DNA of 63,008 nucleotides, filler included, from Phoronis australis (taxonomy: Eukaryota; Animalia; Phoronida): the NCBI GenBank assembly GCA_002633005.1. It is 6 parts of 6 records of this genome, joined end to end, with 100 filler letters (N's around TTAATTAATTAA, not from the genome) between each part and the next. Parts side by side here need not be neighbours in the genome. Positions count along the whole stretch, not along the records: positions 52,690 to 63,008 come from NMRA01000803.1; 5 more parts are not named here. One strand, written 5' to 3'. The notes under the pieces are model-generated. The model saw nothing but the letters and a program-made list of their open reading frames with translations. It had not been told where the DNA came from and made no database searches. Positions within the stretch are counted from its first letter, which is position 1; every line of letters begins with the position of its first letter. The position numbers were made by a program, and so were the translations under genes. This document shows positions 62,280 through 63,008 of this stretch, in pieces.

Positions 62280-63008
62280 AGGCGAAGGCAACCTTTTTCC
62301 ATGTCATTTTGAGCTAAAATAAGGTTGGTTGGTTGGTTATCGTTAGACATATTTTCCACTTAATTACAGCTTTTCGTAATTTTATGAATTACTCGTCCGC
62401 AACTCCGGAAGTGACGTTTTAGGAGGCAAGCATTTCGCGCCAATTTCTTTTCATATAGTCTGACTGTGAGAGCTGCCGAGTCAGTCATTGTTCTACCTCG
62501 GTTGTGTTGAGTTCCGTCGTCGTTTGCTTTCATTTACTAGTCAGTCAACATGCTACACTGTTGCTGAGTACCAGGATGTACTAATTATAGGCTCACGCTT
62601 TGGGAGTACCATTGCATCGCTTTCCGATGAATGACACACTTCGCCGTACTTGGCACGTTCGTGTGAAGAACGCAGCGTTACCCGTCCACGTAACGTACAA
62701 AGCAGTGGATAATTACCGTGTGTGTGGCAAGTACTTTCTGCGGTCTGATTACGAAAGGAATTTGTACGCTGAACTGATGAAGGTCCCTGCGAAACAACGT
62801 CTGAAGAAGGATGCCATTCCGTCTGTGTTGATTCCCGGCAGTGCCTCGTCGCCACCCCCGAGAAGTGCGTTTTTGAAGCGAGAAGCCTCGCGAGCTGTGG
62901 CCAGTACAGTGACTGGAGCCAGTGGAGGCACTTCATCTACTGTCACCCGTGCCTCTGAACGTACCCCAGAGCGTGCAATTCCTGGAACCAGTAGTGATTC
63001 GCCCTGTG
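62280..63008 (+). mobile_element. Left part of a THAP-bearing DNA transposon (Kolobok-like), degenerate
   Basis: Candidate terminus TTAA|AGGCGAAGGC upstream of a THAP coding region. Confidence 0.5.
62550..63008 (+). pseudogene. Degenerate THAP-domain coding sequence, running off the window end
   Basis: MLHCC*VPGCTNY (TGA at 62565), a frameshift, then LHRFPMNDTLRRTW...YRVCGKYF..SDYERNLYAELMKVPAKQRLKKDAIPSV. This is the THAP C2CH pattern with an AVP-type box, but the zinc-ligand His is replaced by Tyr. Confidence 0.85.

Overview
AT-rich, repeat-dense animal genomic DNA, probably a marine invertebrate (inferred from intron structure and gene/TE families). It is not prokaryotic. Five identical 100-bp spacers (N44-TTAATTAATTAA-N44) split the window into six contigs: 1-27948, 28049-37221, 37322-42056, 42157-49554, 49655-52589 and 52690-63008. 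Adjacency across spacers cannot be assumed. Host genes reconstructed by hand from splice sites: (1) a 4-exon, single-pass membrane protein with one Grindelwald/BCMA-like cysteine-rich domain and a very short tail ending in a PxQxS TRAF-binding-like motif (12966-17965, +); (2) exons 1-3 of SPTLC1 (-); (3) five exons of a tandem-MAM-domain protein (+); (4) an intronless WSC-domain + CHST-type sulfotransferase (45108-46622, +); (5) three exons of CLASP (-); (6) an unassigned cysteine-rich terminal exon (57454-57725, +); (7) a disabled olfactomedin-domain exon (-). Mobile DNA: two internally deleted BEL/Pao copies with complementary deletions, one of them complete with LTRs and TSD; an internally deleted Gypsy (Mag-like) element; a 2.4-kb TA-flanked TIR element sitting in the loop of a palindrome; Academ-like and Kolobok/THAP-like remnants; HINE-like elements, MITEs, a tRNA-derived SINE and several minisatellites. 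All identifications come from motif recognition by eye. No database searches were run.
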